Positions 1-9,968 are shown, counted from the first letter of the stretch. The stretch: DNA of 28,361 nt from Candidatus Hadarchaeales archaeon (GCA_038851565.1 JAWCKV010000008.1:1-28361), one strand, 5' to 3'. Notes: generated from the sequence alone by a model not told the origin. Numbers and translations are program-made.

Positions 1-438
1 AGTCATGCTGACGCTGATGGTCTGGCCGGCTATGAGGTTGACCTTGTAGTAGTCATCCGTGTCCGTGGAATCTATGTATCCAGTGCCGGACCCGGCCAAT
101 ATGGCTGTGGCGTTGGACAGGTAATTTCCTGCATCACCTCCGGTGCCCATGTCGTTCTGGGTTGCACCGCCAGCAACCGTGACCGTCATGGAGTAGATGC
201 CGGAGCCCTCATACAGATAAACGCGGATGTAGTGATACCCGGAGGAGGTTGCGGTGTAGCTTACCATGTCGGTCTGGCTCCCACCGAGCAAAGATGAATC
301 AACCTCCCACTGGCTCGCATCATAGAGTGAGAGGTCAAAGTCCGAACCTGTAGGAGGAGTCATGCTGACGCTGATGGTCTGGCCGGCTATGAGGTTGACC
401 TTGTAGTAGTCATCCGTGTCCGTGGAATCTATGTATCC
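1..438. repeat. 81-bp perfect direct repeat (1-81 = 358-438), 357-bp period, inside the PPC repeats
   Basis: Direct comparison: agtcatgctgacg...tctatgtatcc is identical in both copies. Confidence 0.95.
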
Positions 439-1233
439 TGTGTAATACCCGGCTGAAATCGCAAGGGCCATGTCAAAGGTGTTACCGGCGTCATTGCCGG
501 AATCAGCATCGTTCTGGGTGGAGACATTCTCATTCTGGGTTATCCATTGCACCCAGTCAACATACCATTCAACGTTGGGACTGTTGCCGGCTGTAAATAT
601 CATGAACGGACACCAAATATGCTGAAAGTCAACGTTAATGAAAGCGCTCTTGGGGATTGTTATCTTCTCCCAGCCGCCGTTGTTCGTCCATCCATAGTTG
701 CTGATCCACACCTGACTGGACTTTGCACCCGCGGCATCCGTCTGCGTGTTCCAGGATTGAATCTGCACGGCAAGATTTACAGGGCTTTTCACGTAAAACT
801 CAAGGCTGGAGGCCGCAGATAGATCTATGTAGTGCGTTGCCGTTGGGTCTATCTGACCGTTATAAACCGCTACAAAAACTCCCCATCCGGCATAGGCATA
901 TGATTCGGGCCCATTTTTCGTGTACCAACAGTGCGCCCCTTCGGGTATCCCAGAAACTCCGGTATAATATCCGTCGATATATGGCGCTGTTAGGCCCCAC
1001 TCTCCTTCCGAGGGGACGATGATAGCGTCTGCCATAAGACCGGACTCCGACAAAAGCCCCGACTCATCGTAAACTGGAATTGACCCGGTTGATGTGCCGC
1101 CAGTCGCTTCGACCCATAATGTTGATTTTATTCCAACAGAAGCGTTTTTTGTTTGATGCATGACGAAAGCATGAGGTGCACAGACCCATCCAAAAATAAT
1201 TATAAAACACAAAAAATGCCTTGTTTTTTCCAT
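1..1233 (-). CDS. Secreted/surface protein (3' end truncated by window): signal peptide, putative carbohydrate-binding beta-sandwich domain, tandem PPC (pre-peptidase C-terminal)-like repeats
   Basis: Not in ORF track (no stop in window). Hand translation from ATG 1233 is open to base 1: MEKTRHFLCFIIIFGWVCAPHAF (signal-like); DLSAASSLEFYVKS..WEKITIPKSAF..YVDWVQW (CBM-like); QND..GNDAGN..TGYIDSTDTDDYYKVNLIAGQTISVSMT..DFDLSLYD repeated with a 119-aa period. Confidence 0.85.
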   Translation of the reverse strand, partial: MEKTRHFLCFIIIFGWVCAPHAFVMHQTKNASVGIKSTLWVEATGGTSTGSIPVYDESGLLSESGLMADAIIVPSEGEWGLTAPYIDGYYTGVSGIPEGAHCWYTKNGPESYAYAGWGVFVAVYNGQIDPTATHYIDLSAASSLEFYVKSPVNLAVQIQSWNTQTDAAGAKSSQVWISNYGWTNNGGWEKITIPKSAFINVDFQHIWCPFMIFTAGNSPNVEWYVDWVQWITQNENVSTQNDADSGNDAGNTFDMALAISAGYYTGYIDSTDTDDYYKVNLIAGQTISVSMTPPTGSDFDLSLYDASQWEVDSSLLGGSQTDMVSYTATSSGYHYIRVYLYEGSGIYSMTVTVAGGATQNDMGTGGDAGNYLSNATAILAGSGTGYIDSTDTDDYYKVNLIAGQTISVSMT

Positions 1234-1260
1234 TTTTTACCATTTTTATTTTGTAATAAG

Positions 1261-1276
1261 CATTTTAAACATTTTT
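1261..1276 (-). promoter_or_regulatory. Putative BRE/TATA for the PPC-repeat gene
   Basis: Minus strand AAAAATGTTTAAAA about 30 nt upstream of ATG 1233. Confidence 0.5.
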
Positions 1277-1292
1277 CCTTTACTTGGTTGAA

Positions 1293-1385
1293 TGGCGGGC
1301 CCGGTGGGATTCGAACCCACGATCTACAGCTCTGCCCGCATGCACATAGGACGCTGCCGCCCTGTCCTGGCTAGGCCACGGGCCC
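1293..1385 (-). tRNA. tRNA-Arg(CCU) with 15-nt intron at 37/38 (1332-1346), encoded CCA
   Basis: GGGCCCG acceptor stem, GCAGC/GCTGT anticodon stem, anticodon CCT (1350-1348), GTGGG-TTCGAAT-CCCAC T arm; BHB central helix GUCC/GGGC. Confidence 0.93.
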
Positions 1386-1416
1386 CGGTTAGAATATGCG
1401 CAGCGATATTTTATCT

Positions 1417-3075
1417 TTATTTTCTGATCGCGCCCTCCGATGCAGAGCTCACGAATCTTGAGTAGAACGCCAGATATCCCCTTTCAATCTTGGGGGGTGG
1501 CGCCCTGAAACTTGCAAGCCTGCGCCTGAGCTCCGTTTCTGGAATAACCAGATCAATCTTCCTTCTGCCAATATCAATTAAAATCGAATCGCCATCTTCA
1601 ACAACGGCTATAGGCCCCCCCTCCGCAGCCTCAGGCGATACGTGTCCGACGCAGGCCCCTCTGGTCCCGCCGGAAAATCTTCCATCTGTCACCAGCGCGA
1701 CCGATTCGTCAAGGCCCATCCCGGCGATCGCTGAGGTAGGTCCCAGCATCTCTCTCATGCCAGGGCCTCCCTTGGGCCCCTCATATCTTATAACTATGAC
1801 ATCTCCGGGCCTTATTCCTCCGTCAAGTATCTCCCTCACCGCATCCTCCTCGCGGTCAAAGACCCTCGCCGGGCCTCTGTGCACCATCATCTTCGAACTC
1901 ACGCCAGAGGACTTTACAACGGCTCCTTCAGGCGCAAGTGTGCCGTATAGAATCGCTATTCCCCCCTCGTTGCGGTACGGGTCCTTGATCGATCGTATAA
2001 CCTTCCCGTCTCCCTGTTTCGCGGATTTTATGTTCTCTCTGACGCTCTTTCCGGTCACAGTGAGCGCAGACCCATCTATAAGATCGCCAAGTTCTCTCAT
2101 CACCGATTGAACCCCGCCTGCTCTGTACAGATCGAGCATTGTGTGGGAACCGGCAGGTCGCATCGAGCATATATTTGGAGTTTTTCTGCTCAGCCTGTCA
2201 AAAACGCCTAAATCCAGAGTTAGGCCAGCCTCGTGTGCTATTGCCGGAAGATGGAGAACCGTGTTTGTAGATCCGCCTATCGCCATGTCAACTGTTATCG
2301 CGTTCTCGAATGCCTCACGCGTCATTATCCTTCTCGATGTTATGCCCTTTTTCAAAAGTCTGACTATCTGCTGCCCGCTCTTTCTTGCAAGTTTTCTCTT
2401 CAACGGGTCGACCGCGTGGGTCGTCCCCATGTTCGGGATGGACATTCCCATGGCCTCGGTCAGACAGGCCATCGTGTTCGCCGTGAAAAGACCGGCGCAC
2501 GAGCCGCATCCGGGACAGCACCTCTTTTCTATCTGTATGGCTTCAGCAGGCGTCATCCTGCCGCTCTTAACCGACCCCACCGCCTCGAAAGAGCTTATCA
2601 GGTCCAGTTTTTTACCTCTCCACTCGCCGGGCAGCATCGGCCCTCCCGTTACCATTATTGAGGGAATGTCCAGCCGCGCCATCGCCATTAGCATTCCCGG
2701 GACTATCTTGTCGCAGCTCGCCAGACCCACCAAGGCATCGAACCTGTGGGCCTCCATCATGAGCTCCACGCTGTCCGCGATCACCTCGCGCGACGGAAGA
2801 GAATAGCACATCCCGCGGGTGCCCATCGCTATTCCGTCGCATATTCCGATGGTGTTGAACTCAAAGGGGGTTCCACCGGCCTCCCTGATGCCTTTCGCCA
2901 CCTCCCCCGCGAGCTCGTTTAGATGGAGATGCCCTGGCACAATGCTGTTGTACGAATTGGCTATGGCGACGAAGGGTCTTTGGATATCTGAATCCTTAAG
3001 ACCATCTGCTCTGAGAAGGGCCCGCCTCGGAAGACTCTCGAGCCCAGCGACCACCTCTCTGCTCCTGAGCTTCAC
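1417..3075 (-). CDS. ilvD: Dihydroxy-acid dehydratase
   Basis: [62 protein letters not shown] motifs. Confidence 0.97.
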   Translation of the reverse strand: MKLRSREVVAGLESLPRRALLRADGLKDSDIQRPFVAIANSYNSIVPGHLHLNELAGEVAKGIREAGGTPFEFNTIGICDGIAMGTRGMCYSLPSREVIADSVELMMEAHRFDALVGLASCDKIVPGMLMAMARLDIPSIMVTGGPMLPGEWRGKKLDLISSFEAVGSVKSGRMTPAEAIQIEKRCCPGCGSCAGLFTANTMACLTEAMGMSIPNMGTTHAVDPLKRKLARKSGQQIVRLLKKGITSRRIMTREAFENAITVDMAIGGSTNTVLHLPAIAHEAGLTLDLGVFDRLSRKTPNICSMRPAGSHTMLDLYRAGGVQSVMRELGDLIDGSALTVTGKSVRENIKSAKQGDGKVIRSIKDPYRNEGGIAILYGTLAPEGAVVKSSGVSSKMMVHRGPARVFDREEDAVREILDGGIRPGDVIVIRYEGPKGGPGMREMLGPTSAIAGMGLDESVALVTDGRFSGGTRGACVGHVSPEAAEGGPIAVVEDGDSILIDIGRRKIDLVIPETELRRRLASFRAPPPKIERGYLAFYSRFVSSASEGAIRK

Positions 3076-3179
3076 CTCACATGCACCGAGAAAGCATCCC
3101 CCGGTGGGATTTATCTATTTTGCGTTGTTCACTACCGATCAGTATTTTAAAACAGATGGACAGCCATATTACGAAGTCC

Positions 3180-3656
3180 ATGAAGTCGCTTGTCGTCTAC
3201 TACTCCCGCACCGGGAACACGAGATTTGTGGCTGAGACCATTGCTGCCAAACTGAAAGCAGAGATTGAGGAAATAATTGATAAAAAGAGCAGAAGAGGAC
3301 TGCTGGGCTGGCTCGGGGCCGGTAAAGACGCGACGATGGGCAGAGAAACTGAAATAGAGCAGGTCAAACACTCTCCATCGCATTACGATCTGGTGATCAT
3401 AGGCTGCCCCATATGGAACAGGAGATTACCTCCGGCGATTAGGACCTACATGAAAAATAGCGATTTTTCTAAAAACATGGTCGCTTTTTTTAACACAAAC
3501 CGCTCGAATGAGAATCAAAACACCTTTTCCACCATGAAAGAACTCGCGAAAAAAGAACCGTTGGCAAAGCTGGTGATAAGCAGCGCGCTCAAAAATAGAG
3601 AAGCGTCCATAAAGAAAATTGAAGACTGGTGCGAACATCTAAAATCCAAAATCTGA
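3180..3656 (+). CDS. Flavodoxin-family protein
   Basis: MKSLVVYYSRTGNT FMN phosphate loop, YDLVIIGCPIW; start moved to ATG 3180, with TTTTAAA at ~3146 upstream. Confidence 0.88.
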   Translation: MKSLVVYYSRTGNTRFVAETIAAKLKAEIEEIIDKKSRRGLLGWLGAGKDATMGRETEIEQVKHSPSHYDLVIIGCPIWNRRLPPAIRTYMKNSDFSKNMVAFFNTNRSNENQNTFSTMKELAKKEPLAKLVISSALKNREASIKKIEDWCEHLKSKI

Positions 3657-3752
3657 GGCCCGGCATCAGAAGGTTTCAATCGTTAAATCTGGCACGAGAT
3701 GCGCGCGCTGAAAAACTGTACAGATGTACTCCTGCATTCTCAAAACAGAACA

Positions 3753-4739
3753 TCACTTCTCTATTCCGGCCCACTTTCGCAGTTCCTTCCCAACTTTCTC
3801 TATTTTGTGAGCTTTTCCTTCCTCACGCATTTTCTTCAGGTTTGGTATTCCCTTCCTGCTCTCTTCAACCCACTCCCTTGCGAATTCACCGCTCTGAATG
3901 TCCTTCAGTATCCTCTTCACGGTCTCCCTGACCCTGGAGTCGATTATCCTGGGGCCGCGTGTTCTTCCGCCATACTCCGCAGTGTTGCTCACGGCTGCCC
4001 ACATCCCCTCAATCCCGTGCTCGTAAATCAGGTCAACTATGAGCTTAAGCTCGTTAAGGCACTCGAAGTACGCAACCTCGGGCTGGTAACCCTCCTGGAC
4101 CAGAGTTTCGAATCCTGCCTTGATCAGCTCCGACACGCCGCCGCAGAGAACGACCTGCTCTCCGAAAAGATCCGTCTCCACCTCCTCCCTGAAAGTCGTC
4201 TCCACGACCCCTATCCTGGTCAGACCCACGCCCTTGGCCATGGCCAGCGCAATTTTCTTGGCCCTCCCGCTGGCATCCTGGTGAACCGCGAGTATTCCGG
4301 GCGTGCCAGACCCCTGCTGGTACATCCTGCGAAGAAGCGCACCGGGAGCCTTTGGAGCTATCATTATCACGTCCACTTCCTTTGGAGGAACTATCTGTTT
4401 GAAATGTATGTTGAACCCATGGCTGAAACACAGCGTCTTGCCCCGCTTCATGTGAGGTGCGATATCCTTCCTGTAAACATCGGCCTGGTACTCGTCCGGT
4501 ATGAGAATGTGGACGATGTCTCCCTTTTCCGCAGCCTCGGAGATGCTGTAAACCTCAAACCCATCCGCAACTGCCCTGTCGTAGCTCGGATCTCTTACGC
4601 TCCCTATTATAACCCTGCAGCCCGAATCCCTGAGGTTGTTCGCCTGCGCGTGTCCCTGATTTCCGTACCCTATTATCGCAATCGTCATGCCCCTCAGAAC
4701 CTTCGTGTCTGCGTCCTTGTCGTAATATATCTTCGCCAT
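3753..4739 (-). CDS. ilvC: Ketol-acid reductoisomerase (class I)
   Basis: [54 protein letters not shown]. Confidence 0.98.
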   Translation of the reverse strand: MAKIYYDKDADTKVLRGMTIAIIGYGNQGHAQANNLRDSGCRVIIGSVRDPSYDRAVADGFEVYSISEAAEKGDIVHILIPDEYQADVYRKDIAPHMKRGKTLCFSHGFNIHFKQIVPPKEVDVIMIAPKAPGALLRRMYQQGSGTPGILAVHQDASGRAKKIALAMAKGVGLTRIGVVETTFREEVETDLFGEQVVLCGGVSELIKAGFETLVQEGYQPEVAYFECLNELKLIVDLIYEHGIEGMWAAVSNTAEYGGRTRGPRIIDSRVRETVKRILKDIQSGEFAREWVEESRKGIPNLKKMREEGKAHKIEKVGKELRKWAGIEK

Positions 4740-4740
4740 A

Positions 4741-5232
4741 CTATCTCTTACACCTCTCCTCTCTGGATATAAGAACCTGACCAGAGCGTGCCACTTCCTT
4801 CAGGATCTCCGGCCCCAGCTTTTTAACAATTCTCTCAATATCCTCGTGGTCGCCGCTGAGTTCTGCTATAAGCATGCCCCCCTTCGAGTCTATGACCTTA
4901 CCGCCCGCCCTCTCTATCTCAGTGACGACGCTCCACAGCTGGCTGTCCTCGAGCGGCTTTGTCCTGAGCAGAGCCACCTCACGCACAATGCTCTTCGCCG
5001 GATCGATCACCTCAACGTCGACGACAGGCTCGGCCCTGAGCAGCACCCTCCGCATGAAATCCGCCATCATGTCGTCCGCGTTGAATATCAGGATCATCCT
5101 GGCCAGACCGGTTGGCTCTATGCCCACCGTAACTGAGTCCAGGTTTATCTGCCTCCTGGTGAACTCCCTAGAAACCCTCATCATGACTCCGGGGATGTTC
5201 TGACAGAGCACAGAGAATATTCTCTTTTTCAT
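4741..5232 (-). CDS. ilvH: Acetolactate synthase small regulatory subunit (ACT domain)
   Basis: [27 protein letters not shown] motif, REVALL, EVARSG; lies between ilvB and ilvC. Confidence 0.88.
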   Translation of the reverse strand: MKKRIFSVLCQNIPGVMMRVSREFTRRQINLDSVTVGIEPTGLARMILIFNADDMMADFMRRVLLRAEPVVDVEVIDPAKSIVREVALLRTKPLEDSQLWSVVTEIERAGGKVIDSKGGMLIAELSGDHEDIERIVKKLGPEILKEVARSGQVLISREERCKR

Positions 5233-5240
5233 GCAATCAC

Positions 5241-6923
5241 CTAGGTCAGTATAGGCTCATCCAGCCTTCCTCCGGCGGGCACCATCGGGAGAACGTGCTC
5301 CTCCGGGTCTATAACGATGTCCAGCACCGCAGGTTTGCCAGAGTTCAGCGCGTCCCTCAGCTTGGGGCCTATCTCGCCCGGTCTCGTGGCCCTGTCACCC
5401 CAGGCCCCGTACGCCTCCGCAAGCCTGACAAAGTCCGGAGACCCCCTGAGGTCCACGGCGGACCTCCTCTTTCCATAGAACAGATCCTGCCACTGCTTCA
5501 CCATGCCGAGATAACCGTTGTCGAAGATGCATGAAACAACGTTTATCTTGTTGATCACGGCCGTCGCGAGCTCCTGGGAGTTCATAAGGAAGCTTCCATC
5601 TCCCGCGATGTTGACAACGCTGTGGTCCGGTCTCGCCACCTTCGCTCCTATGGCGGCGGGGAAACCGAATCCCATGGTCCCAAGCCCTCCCGAGGATATG
5701 AAATGTCTCGGTTTCTTCACCTGACAGAAGTGCGCCGCCCACATCTGGCACTGTCCCACTTCGGTGACGATTATCGCATCATCCCCGACGGTTTCCATTA
5801 TCTCTCTGATCGCACGCTGCGGTTTTATCGGCACGTCGTCGTGGTCCATCCTTGGAGCGAGATCCTTTTTCAGTTTTTCGACACGGGTCAGCCACTCGCT
5901 AGTCCTGCCCTTTTTCACCTGAAGCTTCAGACCCGCGAGGACCGCCCTGAGGAAGAACCTCGCATCTGCCACGACAGGAAGGTCCACCCTGACGCTCTTT
6001 CCTATCTCCACCGGGTCGATGTCGGCGTGTATGATCTTTGCCCTTGACGCGAAGTGCCTGAGGTCTCCGGTGGCCCTGTCACTGAATCTAACACCGACGC
6101 CTATGAGAAGGTCGCACTCGGTTACCGCGAGGTTGGCCGCCATCCTGCCGTGCATGCCCAGCATCCCGAGGGACAGCGGATGGTCCTCTGGAATGGCCCC
6201 CTTGCCCATCAACGAAGTCACGACCGGTGCTCCGACCGTTTCCGCAAGCTGCACCAGCTCGGCGTATGCCCCGGACCAGACCACACCCCCGCCGGCGTAT
6301 ATCACCGGGCGCTCCGCGTTAGCGATCATCCTGACCGCCATTCTCACGTCCTCAGGGTCCGGCTCGAGCTTGGGCAGCTTGGTGTAAACAACCTCTGCCG
6401 GTATCTTCAGATCCGCTTTGCTGACCTGAACATCCTTTGGGATATCTATGTGAACCGGACCGGGTCTTCCTGACATCGCGGTGATGAAAGCGAGTCTGAC
6501 CGTGGCCGGAAGCTCATCAACGCTGTGGATGATGAAGTTGTGCTTGGTCGCCGGAAGCATCAGGCTGAGCATGTCTGCCTCCTGAAAGGCATCTGTCCCG
6601 AGTGTTTTCGTCGGCACCTGGCCTGATATCGCCACGACCGGGGAGCTGTCCATGTAGGCGTTGAGAATGCCCGTGGTAAGGTTTGTCGCTCCGGGACCTG
6701 ATGTTGACATGCACACACCTGGTCTTCCTAAGGCCCTAGCGTAACCGTCGGCGGCGTGGGCGGCTGCCTGCTCATGCCTGGTGAGTATGTGTATTATCTC
6801 GTGCTCGTCGTACAGCGCGTCGTAAACCGGTATTATCGCGCCTCCGGGTATGCCGAATATATGCTTAACTCCCTCCGCCCTCAGGGCTTCGAAGAGCGCC
6901 TTCGAGCCTGTCATCTCGGCCAT
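5241..6923 (-). CDS. ilvB: Acetolactate synthase large subunit
   Basis: FGIPGGA, RHEQAAAHAADGYAR, TSGPGATN, GTDAFQE, SGGLGTMGFG, GDGSFLMN..N TPP motif. Confidence 0.97.
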   Translation of the reverse strand: MAEMTGSKALFEALRAEGVKHIFGIPGGAIIPVYDALYDEHEIIHILTRHEQAAAHAADGYARALGRPGVCMSTSGPGATNLTTGILNAYMDSSPVVAISGQVPTKTLGTDAFQEADMLSLMLPATKHNFIIHSVDELPATVRLAFITAMSGRPGPVHIDIPKDVQVSKADLKIPAEVVYTKLPKLEPDPEDVRMAVRMIANAERPVIYAGGGVVWSGAYAELVQLAETVGAPVVTSLMGKGAIPEDHPLSLGMLGMHGRMAANLAVTECDLLIGVGVRFSDRATGDLRHFASRAKIIHADIDPVEIGKSVRVDLPVVADARFFLRAVLAGLKLQVKKGRTSEWLTRVEKLKKDLAPRMDHDDVPIKPQRAIREIMETVGDDAIIVTEVGQCQMWAAHFCQVKKPRHFISSGGLGTMGFGFPAAIGAKVARPDHSVVNIAGDGSFLMNSQELATAVINKINVVSCIFDNGYLGMVKQWQDLFYGKRRSAVDLRGSPDFVRLAEAYGAWGDRATRPGEIGPKLRDALNSGKPAVLDIVIDPEEHVLPMVPAGGRLDEPILT

Positions 6924-6969
6924 TTTCTCACGCCATAAAAGTAGGATTGCGGACCTTTAAAACTCCCCC

Positions 6970-7716
6970 TCAAAACCTCACGAGAAACGTGGACCTGTAC
7001 CTCCGTTTTCCGTCCCTGGTCTGACCCACGAGCTTTGAGCTTTCAACCACCTCGGCGCCGAGCTTTCTCATCATCTGGACTGCTCTCCTTGCGGCGCCAG
7101 CGGGATAAATGTAGAAGTCCATTCCCTCTCTGAGCTTAACCGTTTTTGATACGAAAGCCTCCGGCCAGAGCCCACCGATTGCTTCGTCAACCGCCCTGCG
7201 CACCTCCGATATGCTCTTCCCGCCAAGCTCTCCCCTAACCTGGATTATCGCCTCGTACTTACCTCCTCTCCTCGCCCTGCAGACATCGCATGTTCCGGTG
7301 TCAACTCTAACACCGATCATGACATCCTCCACAACCTCCGGCTGAAGCCTGTGCACCCTCCCCCGTGCGGTTATCCTCACGTGCTTTTTATCTGGGCTAG
7401 GATGAACCTCAAGAACAAGATCTGTTGACTGTGTGGCCGGAACTATCATGACTCCATCAGGGCCGGCAACTGCAGCCTGTACCGAAGATATTGCGGAATC
7501 TACGATTGCGGCATTGACCCCGTCCCCGCATGTTGGAGTGATCCAAGAATTTCTTGAACGATACGCGCCACAGCTGCCGCAGACCAGGACCTTTATCTCC
7601 CGCGGGGCACGTATCAGCGGATTCTCCTCTGAGAAACACCTCACGCAGAGACCGTATATGAGTTGACCCGGCCCGGCTTCTGCTCCGCACCTGTAGCAAA
7701 ACTTGCTTCTGGGCAT
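6970..7716 (-). CDS. nmd3: Archaeal NMD3 family protein
   Basis: Four CxxC pairs (CYRC, CVRC, CGSC, CDVC), YEAIIQVRG, GMDFYI, SKLVGQTRDGKRRYRST. Confidence 0.9.
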   Translation of the reverse strand: MPRSKFCYRCGAEAGPGQLIYGLCVRCFSEENPLIRAPREIKVLVCGSCGAYRSRNSWITPTCGDGVNAAIVDSAISSVQAAVAGPDGVMIVPATQSTDLVLEVHPSPDKKHVRITARGRVHRLQPEVVEDVMIGVRVDTGTCDVCRARRGGKYEAIIQVRGELGGKSISEVRRAVDEAIGGLWPEAFVSKTVKLREGMDFYIYPAGAARRAVQMMRKLGAEVVESSKLVGQTRDGKRRYRSTFLVRF

Positions 7717-7777
7717 CAGTTTACATTTTCAGGAGAAGATAAATAACACCTCGCGCCAAAGTCCTGAAGGTGTGAGG

Positions 7778-9637
7778 TTGAGAATCCTGCTGATTCACTC
7801 GGACTTTCTGGAGTACGAGGTGAAAGAGAAAACCCCGGTGGCCGAGGAAGTCCCGCCCGATCAGAGGAAGGGAAGGCTGGAGGAGGTTCTCGTGGTATTC
7901 GCGGCCGCTGAGGAGGACGACGTGGAAAACGTTGCTGCCGTGGCGGAAAACGCGGCACGCGAGATATCGAGGGTGGCCTCCGAAGTCAAGGCAGACAGGA
8001 TAGCTCTGTACCCATACGCTCATCTCAGCCCATCCCTTGCCCCTGCAAGGGTCGCTGTGGAGCTTCTGGAGCTGACCGCAAAAAGGCTGAGGGAGGCGGG
8101 GCTTGAGGTCCACAGGATGCCGTTCGGATGGTACAAGGCGTTTACCGTTAGCTGCAAGGGGCACCCGCTCTCCGAGCTCTCCAGGACGATAACTGCGGAG
8201 GGCAGGGAGGGAGAAGCGCCTGTTCCATCAGGCCCGCCCAGCAGGAGGATCATTCTGACTCCTGACGGGATGGAACACGAGCTTGACCTGTCGAACATAA
8301 ACAAGTGCAAAGTTCTTGAAAAGGATGAGATGCTCAAACAGTTCGTTCTCAGCGAGGAACTCGGAAGAAAACCCGGTGAGGAGCCGGCGCACACAAAACT
8401 GATGCGACGCCTTGAGCTGGTCGACTACGAGCCCGCCAGCGACACGGGACACTTCCGCTTCTATCCGAAGGGCGCTCTCATCAAGGGGCTCATCGAAGAC
8501 TTTTCGGTCCAGCTCGCGGAGAAGCTTGGAGCTATGAGGATCGAAACTCCGGTCCTGTACAGGCTCGACGAGAAGGACATCGCGGAGCAGGCCTCACGCT
8601 TTTACCAGAAGGACTACAAGATAAGGCTCACGAACCGAACCCTTATCCTCAGGTTCTCCGGAGACTTTGGGCTGTTCAAGATGATGCAGAAAACTGTGAC
8701 AACTTACAGACAGATGCCGGTCAGAATATTCGAGCTATCACCCTCTTACAGGCTGGAGCAGAGCGGGGAGTGCGTGGGGTTAAAGCGCCTGAGGGCCTTC
8801 ACCATGCCGGACATTCATTGCTTCTGCCGTGACCTGAACCAGGGGTTTGAAGAGTACGTCCGCCTCTTCAGGATGTACGCTGAGATGATGGGCCTGATGA
8901 ACCTGGATTACGTCGTGGCGTTCAGGGTGGTCGAAGAGTTCTACCGCGACCACAGAGACACCATCTTAAAGCTGGTCAGGCTGGTGAAACGCCCTGCGAT
9001 GATAGAGCTGCTGCCCGCGAGAAAGCATTACTGGATCCTCAAGCACGAATTCCAGTTTGTGGACTCATCCGGAGGCAACGCGCAGCTCTCGACGGTGCAG
9101 CTGGACCTCGAGGACTCCGAGCGGTACGGGATAACCTACATCGACGAGAGGGGTGAGAAAAAAGGATGCACGATACTCCACTCTTCGATTGGATCTATTG
9201 AGAGATGGATGTACGCGTTGCTCGAGCAGGCTGCAAGGGAGCAGAAGGATGGCCGGGCTCCAACGCTTCCCATCTGGCTCTCCCCGACTCAGGTCAGGCT
9301 AATCCCGCTGGCCGATCGTCACATCGGGTTCTGCGAAACTCTGGCCAGTAAAATGGAAAAGGATGGGATAAGGGTCGACATCGACGACCGCTCAGAGACC
9401 GTATCAAAGAAGGTCAGAGAGGCCGAGCGGGAGTGGGTTCCGCTGATCGTTGTTGTTGGAGACAGGGAAGTAAAAGCAAAAAAACTTCCGGTGCGAGTCA
9501 GGGGAAAGAAGGCCGTGAAAAAGTTGGGCTTGAAGGAGATCGTATCTGCCATAGCAAAAGAAACCAGAGGGATGCCTTTCAGACCCCTGCCGCTTCCGAG
9601 GATGCTTTCCATGCGTCCGATATTTGTCGGATCCTAA
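7778..9637 (+). CDS. thrS: Threonine--tRNA ligase, archaeal type with N-terminal editing domain
   Basis: (M)RILLIHSD, YPYAHLS, PFGWYKAF, CKGHPLSELSR editing domain; RLRAFTMPDIH, LSTVQLD, PIWLSPTQV; TTG 7778 after GGTG RBS. Confidence 0.96.
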   Translation: MRILLIHSDFLEYEVKEKTPVAEEVPPDQRKGRLEEVLVVFAAAEEDDVENVAAVAENAAREISRVASEVKADRIALYPYAHLSPSLAPARVAVELLELTAKRLREAGLEVHRMPFGWYKAFTVSCKGHPLSELSRTITAEGREGEAPVPSGPPSRRIILTPDGMEHELDLSNINKCKVLEKDEMLKQFVLSEELGRKPGEEPAHTKLMRRLELVDYEPASDTGHFRFYPKGALIKGLIEDFSVQLAEKLGAMRIETPVLYRLDEKDIAEQASRFYQKDYKIRLTNRTLILRFSGDFGLFKMMQKTVTTYRQMPVRIFELSPSYRLEQSGECVGLKRLRAFTMPDIHCFCRDLNQGFEEYVRLFRMYAEMMGLMNLDYVVAFRVVEEFYRDHRDTILKLVRLVKRPAMIELLPARKHYWILKHEFQFVDSSGGNAQLSTVQLDLEDSERYGITYIDERGEKKGCTILHSSIGSIERWMYALLEQAAREQKDGRAPTLPIWLSPTQVRLIPLADRHIGFCETLASKMEKDGIRVDIDDRSETVSKKVREAEREWVPLIVVVGDREVKAKKLPVRVRGKKAVKKLGLKEIVSAIAKETRGMPFRPLPLPRMLSMRPIFVGS

Positions 9638-9729
9638 ACCACAACATCATGAATATTGCCACCTGACCCTATGAGTCATGTGTGCTCAGCAATTTCTGGG
9701 TAGACCGAAGCCTCTGGCCTGATTTATCA

Positions 9730-9918
9730 CTAATATTCATCTGAAGAGAGCTTTCCACCCGTGGCCCAGTTATCCCTGGGCAGCTCATGTATCACAACCA
9801 CCACTGCGTCCTCCGGGCACCGGATTGACCTTGCCACAGCTGAAGTAACCGTCTTAACAAGCTCCTTCTTCTGCTCCAAGGTCCTGCCTTCCCACATCTC
9901 TATCGTAACGACCGGCAG
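9730..9918 (-). CDS. 4-oxalocrotonate tautomerase family protein (62 aa), CTG start
   Basis: Not in ORF track. (M)PVVTIEMWEGRTLEQKKELVKTVTSAVARSIRCPEDAVVVVIHELPRDNWATGGKLSSDEY; Pro1, GRT, NW.GG hallmarks; AGGTGA RBS 4 nt before CTG. Confidence 0.9.
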   Translation of the reverse strand: MPVVTIEMWEGRTLEQKKELVKTVTSAVARSIRCPEDAVVVVIHELPRDNWATGGKLSSDEY

Positions 9919-9968
9919 ACCATCACCTGTTTATTTTTGATGCGCCATTATAAAACGGGTGTGGGGGG

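Noticed and set aside
1..438. DGR template/variable repeat or CRISPR repeat
   Set aside because: Copies are identical, in frame within one gene, with no adenine-specific mismatches, no reverse transcriptase and no spacer array
547..1374. Plus-strand ORFs 547-822, 723-1022 and 1153-1374
   Set aside because: Antisense to the secreted protein gene and tRNA-Arg
3699..4772. 357-aa plus-strand ORF and similar long antisense ORFs (1490-2110, 2141-2806, 17427-18185, 22197-22985, 23707-24555)
   Set aside because: Shadow frames of well-supported opposite-strand genes, with no recognisable motifs
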